NCBI GenBank assembly: GCA_037442105.1
Contig: JBBIQV010000023.1
Location: 1 to 47,465, forward strand
Direction: 5' to 3'
DNA: 47,465 nt
Source: Nitrospiraceae bacterium
GTDB taxonomy: Bacteria > Nitrospirota > Nitrospiria > Nitrospirales > Nitrospiraceae
Shown: positions 40,623-47,465 of the stretch, piece after piece
Layout of the letters: every line of letters begins with the position of its first letter
How positions within the stretch are numbered: position 1 is the first letter of the stretch
Program-made: the position numbers and the translations under genes
The notes under the pieces: generated by a model
Told to the model about the DNA's origin: nothing
The model's input: the letters and a program-made list of their open reading frames with translations, nothing else
Databases searched by the model: none

Positions 40623-41399
40623 GTGCGGACTCGACTCATCGTCGGAAACTGGAAAATGCACAAGCCGGCCACGGAGGCGGCGGTCTTTGTGCGCCGGCTG
40701 ACAGACCTCTTGCCTTCGGTTCGGGGGATCGAAGTCGTCCTCGCTCCTCCGTTCACCGCCCTGCAAGCGGTCCGTGATGCCTTGGGACATGATTCTGCTC
40801 TCTCGCTGGGCGCGCAAAATCTGTTCTGGGAAGACCAGGGGGCCTTTACCGGAGAAGTCTCCGCGCCCATGCTGAAGGACCACGGCTGCCGATTCGTGAT
40901 CGTGGGCCATTCGGAACGGCGCAAGTTCTTCGGCGAGCAGGATGAAGGCATCAACAAGAAAGTCCGCGCGGCCTTGCGCCACGGGTTACAGCCAATTCTC
41001 TGCATCGGCGAATCGCTGGCCGAGCGGGAGGAAAGCCAGACGGACGCCGTCGTAACCGGCCAGCTCGTGAAAGGCCTGTCGGGGCTCAGCCACGACGACC
41101 TCCGTACCGTGACCATCGCCTATGAACCGGTGTGGGCGATCGGTACAGGGCGTGCCGCGACACTCGATCAGGCGGTGGCGGTGCACCGGCTGATTCGCCA
41201 AACCATCAGCGATCATTGGAAGCCGGAAAACGGACAAGCTGTGCGGATTCTCTATGGAGGGAGCGTCACGCCGCAGAATATCGCCTCCCTGCTGACATCC
41301 AACGAAATCGACGGAGCATTGGTCGGCGGGGCTTGTCTCGACCCAAACTCCTTTGCTACAATCGCCCAGCTTGCCGAATCGTCGTCTCGCTCAAAGTAA
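40623..41399 (+). CDS. tpiA: Triosephosphate isomerase
   Basis: GNWKM, GHSERR, AYEPVWAIGTG, YGGSV; GTG 40623 chosen as start. Confidence 0.96.
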   Translation: MRTRLIVGNWKMHKPATEAAVFVRRLTDLLPSVRGIEVVLAPPFTALQAVRDALGHDSALSLGAQNLFWEDQGAFTGEVSAPMLKDHGCRFVIVGHSERRKFFGEQDEGINKKVRAALRHGLQPILCIGESLAEREESQTDAVVTGQLVKGLSGLSHDDLRTVTIAYEPVWAIGTGRAATLDQAVAVHRLIRQTISDHWKPENGQAVRILYGGSVTPQNIASLLTSNEIDGALVGGACLDPNSFATIAQLAESSSRSK

Positions 41400-41408
41400 G
41401 GGATCGCC

Positions 41409-41780
41409 ATGTACATTGTCGTGATTATCCTCCACGTATTTGTATGTTTCCTCATGATCGGCGCAATCCTGCTCCAATCCGGGAAGGGTGCTGAAATCGG
41501 CGCGGCGTTCGGCGGGTCTAGTCAGACGGTCTTCGGCAGCCGCGGCCCGGCCAATTTCCTGAGCAAGTTCACGGTCGTCGCAGCCTGCGTCTTCATGCTG
41601 ACCTCGTTCAGTTTAGCCATTCTGGCCAAGCAGCGGACATTTTCTTCGACGGTCATCGATCTGAATAAGAAGGAATCGCCCGTCGTCCCAGCCACTCCTC
41701 CGGCGGAGACTTCCGCCACGCCGGCCCCGCAGAGTCAGTCTTCGACCGATTCGTCTTCATCCGCACCAGCCGCGAAGTAA
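41409..41780 (+). CDS. secG: Preprotein translocase subunit SecG
   Basis: ILLQSGKGA...FGG...FG.RG; 2 TM; follows tpiA. Confidence 0.93.
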   Translation: MYIVVIILHVFVCFLMIGAILLQSGKGAEIGAAFGGSSQTVFGSRGPANFLSKFTVVAACVFMLTSFSLAILAKQRTFSSTVIDLNKKESPVVPATPPAETSATPAPQSQSSTDSSSSAPAAK

Positions 41781-41787
41781 CAGCCCC

Positions 41788-41853
41788 CAGCCTTCAGCAA
41801 TCAGCGTTCGCCGAACAACAGGAGCCTGACAGTCTTGGCATGGCTGAAGGCTG
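41788..41853. terminator. Inverted repeat between convergent secG and ilvE (possible bidirectional terminator)
   Basis: cagccttcagc / gctgaaggctg; long loop and no U-tract. Confidence 0.35.
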
Positions 41854-41869
41854 AGTACGTGAGAGGAAC

Positions 41870-42784
41870 TCAGACGCGCGTGAGCCAGGCTTCGTGGGTG
41901 GGATCTTCGCCACGGACGACGTCGAAGAACGCCTTCTGCAAGGCGAGCGTGATGGGGCCTGGCTTGCCAGCGCCGATACGCCGATTATCGATCTCGCACA
42001 CCGGCGTCAGCTCGGCAGCGGTACCGGTCACGAAAACTTCCTCGGCCACGTACATTTCGTCCCTGGTGAACCGTTCCTCAACCACGGGGATATTGCGTTC
42101 TCCGGCAAGTTGGATGACCGAGGCGCGCGTGATCCCTTCGAGAATCGACGTGAGCGGCGTGGTCTTGAGCCGGCCACGACGGACGATGAAGATATTCTCG
42201 CCGGTCCCTTCGGCCACATACCCTTCAGGATCCAGCATGATCGCTTCGTCGTACCCGTCCGCCTTCACCTCGCGCTTGGCGAGAATCGAATTCACATAGT
42301 AGCCGGAAATTTTCCCTCTGGTCATCGACACGTTCACGTGGTGGCGGGTAAAGGACGACACTCTGGCTCGGATGCCGTTGGCCAGCGCGTCATCACCCAG
42401 ATAGGTGCCCCAGCGCCAGGCCGCAATGGCCAAACGAACGGGATTGTCACCGGGATAGAGCCCCATCGCGCCGTACCCGATATAGACGAGCGGTCGAATG
42501 TAGCACGCCTCGAGCCGGTTGACGCGTACCGTATCAACGATGGCCTCCATCACTTGTTTCTTCTCATAGGGGATCTGCATCATGCCGATGTGCGCCGACT
42601 CGAACAGCCGATCCACATGCTCTTGAAGGCGGAAGATGGTCGAGCCCTGCTTGCCCTTGTAGCACCGGATGCCCTCGAACGCAGCCAGCCCGTAATGCAG
42701 CGAGTGCGTCAAGACGTGGACGTTCGCCTCCGCCCAATTGACGAACTTCCCGTCCATCCAGATTTTTTCGCTCGGTTGAAGCAT
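41870..42784 (-). CDS. ilvE: Branched-chain amino acid aminotransferase
   Basis: LHYG...FEGIR, YIRP, EGTGENIF, ILEGITR, TGTAAE. Confidence 0.95.
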   Translation of the reverse strand: MLQPSEKIWMDGKFVNWAEANVHVLTHSLHYGLAAFEGIRCYKGKQGSTIFRLQEHVDRLFESAHIGMMQIPYEKKQVMEAIVDTVRVNRLEACYIRPLVYIGYGAMGLYPGDNPVRLAIAAWRWGTYLGDDALANGIRARVSSFTRHHVNVSMTRGKISGYYVNSILAKREVKADGYDEAIMLDPEGYVAEGTGENIFIVRRGRLKTTPLTSILEGITRASVIQLAGERNIPVVEERFTRDEMYVAEEVFVTGTAAELTPVCEIDNRRIGAGKPGPITLALQKAFFDVVRGEDPTHEAWLTRV

Positions 42785-42805
42785 GTGCCGTCCTGCCGTG
42801 AGGCC

Positions 42806-42835
42806 ACTATAGCAACGCTCTCAAAATTCCGTCAA
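42806..42835 (-). promoter_or_regulatory. Putative sigma70 promoter for ilvE
   Basis: TTGACG-18-TATAGT with extended TG. Confidence 0.45.
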
Positions 42836-43038
42836 GCAAAGGCACAGACCATTCATCATGGCGCCCGCTGGATGCGGTCAAGGCCTGTTGGTAATAGGTC
42901 ATCGTCTCCTGGAAACTGTGATCTCTATCCTTTTGCCTTTTCCATTTGCCTTTTACCTTTCGCTTAACTGAAAATGCGCGATCGGCAGACCTCATTTCTT
43001 TTCCGATCACCCCCGGATTGCTTCGAGGAGGAACGCCC

Positions 43039-43611
43039 ATGACCAGCAACCATTCAACGGCCACGGCTCAGCAGATTCCCTCAGCAGGCGCAAGAATCCC
43101 CTGCGCGAACGCGCGCTCTTACCGAAGTCTCGCGGCAGCACTGGCTCTGTGCGCCATGACCACCGGCTGCGCCACCACCGGCGACCTGGAGAAGCTGAAG
43201 GCAGAATTGCAGGAGTCAGTCACGGCGACGAAGAAGGAGCTTGACCAAAAGCTGACGCCGGTCGCTCAATCGGTCGAGACGCTGAAGGGAGAAACGAAGG
43301 CCGGGTTCGAGGAGACCAAAAAGCAGATCGAAGAGCGGGAACGGCTGCTGGCACTGGACCTCAAGGCGCAGCAGGAAACCTTGAAGAAAGTCGACTCGCT
43401 GGTCACCGCTGCCCAGGCGACCCTAGCCGAACTCAGTGGTAAGACCGACGCCTTGACGAAAGACAGCACGGAACTCCGCACCGCCCTGAAATCGTCGAAC
43501 CGCTCGATGCGCGATCTCCTCAGAACGCAGGAGACAACCTACCAAGAAGCGCTTCGCTCGATTCGAGCGGCATTGAACGAGCTAGGCGGGCTCGACGAGA
43601 AGCCCAAGTGA
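43039..43611 (+). CDS. Coiled-coil lipoprotein
   Basis: SD GAGGAGG; lipobox-like TTGC; long heptad helix. Confidence 0.7.
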   Translation: MTSNHSTATAQQIPSAGARIPCANARSYRSLAAALALCAMTTGCATTGDLEKLKAELQESVTATKKELDQKLTPVAQSVETLKGETKAGFEETKKQIEERERLLALDLKAQQETLKKVDSLVTAAQATLAELSGKTDALTKDSTELRTALKSSNRSMRDLLRTQETTYQEALRSIRAALNELGGLDEKPK

Positions 43612-43774
43612 ATCTCAGCGGTCATACAGCNNNNNNNNNNNNNNNNNNNNNNNNNNNNNNNNNNNNNNNNNNNNNNNNNNNNNNNNNNNNNNNNNNNNNN
43701 NNNNNNNNNNNNNNNNNNNNNNNNNNNNNNTTCGGGATGCACAATCCTGTAGTCCCAGCTATGTGATCTTGCTG

Positions 43775-43789
43775 AGTCTATGATAGACT
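43775..43789 (+). promoter_or_regulatory. Palindromic operator overlapping an extended -10
   Basis: agtctat-g-atagact palindrome containing TGnTAGACT, 7 nt before ATG 43797. Confidence 0.5.
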
Positions 43790-43796
43790 GGCGCGC

Positions 43797-44084
43797 ATGA
43801 AGATTCCTGGCTTGCATCGAGGTCAGGCCACTCTGCCACTGTGGGCGCAGCGCCTGCATCGCGACCCATACCGCTCTATCCCTGGAGGGACAACGTGGCC
43901 TGCGAGCCCAGAAGAAGGCTTACGGACAAGCGTCGAGTTGGCGGATCTTGGGCATCGCCAGTGGCTTGCATCTTTTCGCCAAGATCATCCGAATCTACCG
44001 CTCCAAGAGGTAGAGCAACGTGCTTATGATGCGCTCACGGCATGGAATGGACTTCGTAATCGTCTCACATTTCGCTCTGCGTAA
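43797..44084 (+). CDS. Hypothetical protein, probable partner of the downstream nucleotidyltransferase
   Basis: 95 aa, leaderless start, 14 nt upstream of the NTase gene. Confidence 0.55.
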   Translation: MKIPGLHRGQATLPLWAQRLHRDPYRSIPGGTTWPASPEEGLRTSVELADLGHRQWLASFRQDHPNLPLQEVEQRAYDALTAWNGLRNRLTFRSA

Positions 44085-44098
44085 ACGGTCTACCCTCA

Positions 44099-44656
44099 GT
44101 GGTTGCTCCTTCTAGCCACCCATTTGAAGACGCGGTTGCCGAGGTATTTCAGGTCCTGAACGGCTTGCCGTTTCCCTATTGCTTACTCGGTGCCCTGGCC
44201 TTGGGCGCGTGGGGCACACCGCGCACCACTCAAGACCTCGATGTGCTGATCGCCATCAGCAACTCAGATCGGGATCGCGTCATCGAACGTATGCGAGGTC
44301 GCGGATTTGCCGAGGATACAGAGTGGAGAGAGGCAAACCCCATGATTCGCGACTACCATATCCGGTTACATCGCGGGGCCATTCCTGTGGATCTCATGCT
44401 GCCCCGTGACGACCATGATCATGAGTGCCTATCTCGCCGCCGCCAGTACACGTTGGGAAAGGTTTCTCTCTGGGTGATCGCATCAGAAGACCTTGTAGTG
44501 CATAAGCTCAAGGCAGGCCGCGCCCAGGACTTCATCGATGTCCTGTCAGTTCTCCAGCGTCAAGGCGACAACATGGATCGCCGCTATATTTCCCAATGGG
44601 CAAAACGGCTGGGAATTTGGGAAGAATGGCACTACTGCGAAGGCCAGAGCCGCTGA
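44099..44656 (+). CDS. Pol-beta superfamily nucleotidyltransferase (DUF6036/AbiEii-like TA component)
   Basis: LGALALGAWG.PRTTQDLDV, VDLM, SEDLVVHKLKAGRAQDFIDV. Confidence 0.8.
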   Translation: MVAPSSHPFEDAVAEVFQVLNGLPFPYCLLGALALGAWGTPRTTQDLDVLIAISNSDRDRVIERMRGRGFAEDTEWREANPMIRDYHIRLHRGAIPVDLMLPRDDHDHECLSRRRQYTLGKVSLWVIASEDLVVHKLKAGRAQDFIDVLSVLQRQGDNMDRRYISQWAKRLGIWEEWHYCEGQSR

Positions 44657-45011
44657 GCCGCTGGCCCGATTGAAGACTCCCGCCCACCCCCGCCGCGCGG
44701 CGGCAACCACGTCAGGTGTGATGGCAAGACCTGACCCCCGCCCTGGCCCGATATGGATCAGTGTTGGCAACAGTGATGAAGCTGCGCATGCGCGTGGGAG
44801 ATCGAAAAGACTCCCGACCCCTTTTTGCCCTCCCAAGCCATCCTGTGCTCGAAGCGTTGCTGCACGCGACGGGCGATACGTCCACGTACAAGATCTTCTT
44901 GTGGAAGCGGTAGGTAGGCCGAGGAGCGACAGGGGTCGGTCGCGGTTCCGGCACGCGGAGGAGGATCATCTGGCTTCGCAGAGTTTTGATGAACCCCCAA
45001 CACTGCTTAAT

Positions 45012-45160
45012 CCGCATTATTCATGACGGTTCGTCGTGCTCGAAGCCAGCAGCGAATAGCTCAGAGTTCTTGCTACCTGCTGCTCGCTATTCTCAGGGCT
45101 GTTCGCTACCAGCTACTCGCTCCCCGGCGATTGCAGCAGAAGCCTTCATGAATAATGCGG
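45012..45160. mobile_element. MITE-like element with 15-bp perfect terminal inverted repeats
   Basis: ccgcattattcatga (45012-45026) / tcatgaataatgcgg (45146-45160); interior of GCTAC/GCTAT short repeats; abuts a truncated PIN gene. Confidence 0.7.
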
Positions 45161-45161
45161 G

Positions 45162-45305
45162 CAAGATCACAGAATTGTGGAGTGCGCCGTAGCGGGACGC
45201 GCGGACTTCGTGGTGACCGGTGACAAAAAGCATCTCCTGCCACTCAAGCCCTTTCGCGGAATTCGGATTGTCTCGCCCCGTGAGTTGTTGGATCTCTTCC
45301 GGTAA
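45162..45305 (+). pseudogene. 3' remnant of a PIN-domain (PIN_3/TIGR00305-like) toxin
   Basis: QDHRIVECAVAGRADFVVTGDKKHLLPLKPFRGIRIVSPRELLDLFR*; no 5' half or start codon. Confidence 0.8.
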
Positions 45306-45553
45306 GTTCGACTACTCGCCTTTCCCCCAATACCCGTGGTCTCTGAGCTTCAGGCTCTCTCAACGACTCTCGCTACATTTTCTGCCTCATGTCCGAGAAC
45401 GCTTCCGCCCTCGCAAAGAGTCCTACCCCGAACAGCAGCCGCCGTGCGCTGGGAAACCACGTCATGTGTGACTGCAATCCTGACCCTCAGTCTTTGCTCC
45501 CAAGACCGTCAAGATATCAACGCCTGACCCTTGCCCCCTTGCATCCCCTATCC

Positions 45554-45582
45554 TTGACACGTACCGGGCAAAGCTCTACGCT
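45554..45582 (+). promoter_or_regulatory. sigma70 promoter of the MNT-HEPN module
   Basis: TTGACA-17-TACGCT, then SD GAGAGGAGG and GTG 45608. Confidence 0.6.
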
Positions 45583-45607
45583 CCAAGCCAGACGAGAGGA
45601 GGCCCCG

Positions 45608-45934
45608 GTGGAGGACATTCGCGAGAAACCGATCATCGAGGAATTCAAGCGGAGAGTTGAACTGCGATTCCCCGGGGAACTGGTCCGGCTTGTCCTGTTT
45701 GGGTCGAAGGTGCGCGGTGACGCAACAGCCGAATCAGATGTGGATGTGCTCGTGGTGATTCAGTCAGACAACTGGCGGCTCGGCGACGAAATTCGAGCCG
45801 TGGGGTACGCGCTCGAAGTGGAACATGGGGTCGTGCTGTCCATTCAGGTGATGAGCCGGGACCATTATGAACGGCTCCGAGCGAGCGGGACGCAATTCTT
45901 CCACGTGTTGGAGCGGGAAGGCGTCGTCGTATGA
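45608..45934 (+). CDS. Minimal nucleotidyltransferase (MNT) antitoxin
   Basis: LVLFGSKVRGDATAESDVDVLVV (GSx10DxD); 108 aa; ATGA overlap with HEPN. Confidence 0.88.
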   Translation: MEDIREKPIIEEFKRRVELRFPGELVRLVLFGSKVRGDATAESDVDVLVVIQSDNWRLGDEIRAVGYALEVEHGVVLSIQVMSRDHYERLRASGTQFFHVLEREGVVV

Positions 45935-46335
45935 CGGAGACGCCCCCGCTTGAGGAAATCAAGAAAGAGCTTCTGCGTGCGGAACAGTCCCTCCAAGCGG
46001 CTCGAGTTCTCCTGCAACAAGGCCTCCTCCAAGACACGCTATCCCGGTCGTACTACGTGATTCTGCACGCCGCGCGCGCCGCTCTCCTGGCAGAGGGAGT
46101 CACAGTCACCTCCCATCGGGGAGTACGAAGACTCTTCGGTCAGCATTTGATCAAATCAGGCAAGCTCCCGCCGCATCTGGCTGAGATCCTGGCCGACGAA
46201 CAGGATGATCGGATTCTCGCCGATTACGATGTGTTGTTTGATCCCGAAGTGGACCGAGTCCAAAAGCGCGTGAAGGATGCCGACAATTTCTTGGGGTCAA
46301 TCAAGGCTTTTTTGAAAAAGCAGATTGGGCTTTGA
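45931..46335 (+). CDS. HEPN domain protein
   Basis: AEQSLQAA, SRSYYVILHAARAAL, SHRGV..LFG, RILADYD. Confidence 0.88.
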   Translation: MTETPPLEEIKKELLRAEQSLQAARVLLQQGLLQDTLSRSYYVILHAARAALLAEGVTVTSHRGVRRLFGQHLIKSGKLPPHLAEILADEQDDRILADYDVLFDPEVDRVQKRVKDADNFLGSIKAFLKKQIGL

Positions 46336-46370
46336 CCCTTGCCCCCTGACCCTCCCCCTTGGCGCAACTT

Positions 46371-46631
46371 CTACTGAATCGTGGCGGGATCGTGGACGAA
46401 GGTCAGGCTGTTGAGGGGAGTGATGACGCCCGTCGCGTCATCCATCTCGAAGACCATCCACAGCGTGCCCGGCCTCGCCGGTGGCACAGTGAAGATCACA
46501 GGAGTGGAACTCGTGCCGATAGAGACCCGCACTTGCGCTTGTGATTTGGAGAGGCTCCCGCTCGTCGTGCTCGCTCGTTCATTGAAATGATGCACGGAAA
46601 AGCAGTACATGCCCGCCATGCGCCGCGGCAT
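46371..46631 (-). pseudogene. C-terminal fragment of a larger protein (YfaP/DUF2135-like beta domain)
   Basis: GMYCFSVHHF...AQVRV...FTVPP...GTLWMVF pattern; no SD or credible N-terminus. Confidence 0.4.
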
Positions 46632-46652
46632 GGACCTTGTCGGTCCGTTTCG

Positions 46653-46976
46653 TCAGTTCCTGGGCAGGGGAACTTCACCGACGGTGCCGGGTTGAATCGT
46701 CGCCACTGTCGTTTCGACTTGCGAAAGCAGTTGCAGCACAACAGGGACCTGATTGCTGGGGAGAACAAGGATGGCAAGATAATGCCCAGACAGGTTCTGC
46801 TGGTATCGGAGGCGCTGATCCGCCGTGACCAAAACCTCGAACCGCGCTTCGGCTCGTCGTAGTAACTCGCCGTTCCGTATTCCCGCCCAGCCCACCTCCT
46901 GGACAGTCGAGATGTCCACGTGGGGCAGGCGGACTTTCAGCAAGCGCAGGACGGATTCGTCGAGGAGAATCTTCAC
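46653..46976 (-). CDS. DUF5615 PIN-like toxin (VapC45-like)
   Basis: MKILLDESV, GWAGIRNGELL, VLVTADQRLRYQQNL; GTGA overlap with DUF433. Confidence 0.85.
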   Translation of the reverse strand: MKILLDESVLRLLKVRLPHVDISTVQEVGWAGIRNGELLRRAEARFEVLVTADQRLRYQQNLSGHYLAILVLPSNQVPVVLQLLSQVETTVATIQPGTVGEVPLPRN

Positions 46977-47218
46977 GCCGTCTTGCGGAGCTTGAGGAGG
47001 GTCGTCTTGGAGAATTCTAGAACTTGCAGGGCTTGGTCTCGGGTCACGGTGGGAAAGTTGTCCAGAAATGCATCAAGGGTCAGGTCCGCCTCAAGGTTGC
47101 TGATCAACGCGTCAACGGGCACACGCGTTCCGCGAAAGACCGGGGTCCCACTGACAATTTCTGGATCGATCGTAATCGGAAGGCGATCCACATCCTTTTG
47201 GTCAATCACGAGTGGCAT
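46973..47218 (-). CDS. DUF433 antitoxin (VapB45-like)
   Basis: IDPEIVSGTPVFRGTRVPV...FLDNFPTV. Confidence 0.88.
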   Translation of the reverse strand: MPLVIDQKDVDRLPITIDPEIVSGTPVFRGTRVPVDALISNLEADLTLDAFLDNFPTVTRDQALQVLEFSKTTLLKLRKTA

Positions 47219-47423
47219 AGGATTTCTGACCCAACCCTGGAGCCACAGGATACTCCTCTGCAATCGTACGGCAAAGAGGCGTCGCTCAACCAGAACCAGC
47301 CTGCCCGGCGCTCGACAGTTGGCCGATCAGAAAACGACTCCCGACCCATTAATTCCGTACTAATCAGAAAAAATCCCCGGCCACTTAGTGTTCTCCAGGA
47401 TTACATCACACCGGCACCCTTCC

Positions 47424-47452
47424 TTGACACGCATAAACCCGCCTCGTAAAGT
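47424..47452 (+). promoter_or_regulatory. sigma70 promoter of a next module beyond the window edge
   Basis: TTGACA-17-TAAAGT; context tccttgacacg identical to the MNT-HEPN promoter at 45551. Confidence 0.5.
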
Positions 47453-47465
47453 ACAGCGTGACTTC

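Larger units (their letters stand above)
44673..47347 (+). repeat. Dispersed TGACCC/CGACCC repeat family punctuating the TA island
   Basis: gcaagacctgacccc 44724; gactcccgaccc 44809 and 47336; gcaatcctgaccct 45474; tgacccttgccccct 45525 and 46333; tgaccctccccc 46347; aagactcccgccc 44673; ctgaccc 47226; all on the + strand. Confidence 0.7.

Noticed and set aside
41781..41869. tRNA-Leu often found after secG
   Set aside because: No cloverleaf, T-loop GTTC context or CCA end; only a short-repeat hairpin.
45389..45607. 73-aa N-terminal extension of the MNT ORF
   Set aside because: It spans the repeats and promoter; the strong SD points to GTG 45608.
44673..47347. CRISPR array or classical integron attC sites
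   Set aside because: The repeats are short, irregularly spaced and non-identical; no RYYYAAC...GTTRRRY palindromes, cas genes or intI are visible.

Overview
GC-rich bacterial scaffold window with two 100-N gaps (34977-35076, 43631-43730). Gene content (actinobacterial-type 20S proteasome genes in a diderm context, DUF3365 and FGE-sulfatase genes, style of the intergenic repeats) suggests Nitrospirota/Nitrospira; this is an inference. From left to right: (i) a fatty-acid alpha-dioxygenase + lipoxygenase + third coupled gene, a putative oxylipin operon running off the left edge; (ii) arc-dop-prcB-prcA with no pup or pafA; (iii) thiS-thiG-thiE and a stand-alone PolX N-terminal protein; (iv) ffh-rpsP-rimM-trmD-rplS-rnhB-yraN-ftsE-ftsX-envC-ctpA; (v) uvrB, a CHASE2 adenylate cyclase-SH3-M48 trio and a DUF3365 heme protein + trypsin/FGE-sulfatase fusion; (vi) a sensor kinase/NarL pair followed by four small secreted proteins, with two promoters sharing a duplicated operator; (vii) Lon-C protease, mutS2, gap-pgk-tpiA-secG, ilvE; (viii) a right-end island of toxin-antitoxin modules and gene fragments punctuated by a TGACCC/CGACCC repeat family, in which an MNT-HEPN module with its own promoter is bracketed by a perfect 15-bp direct repeat like a gene cassette. 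Start codons were refined by eye from Shine-Dalgarno positions. No database searches were run.
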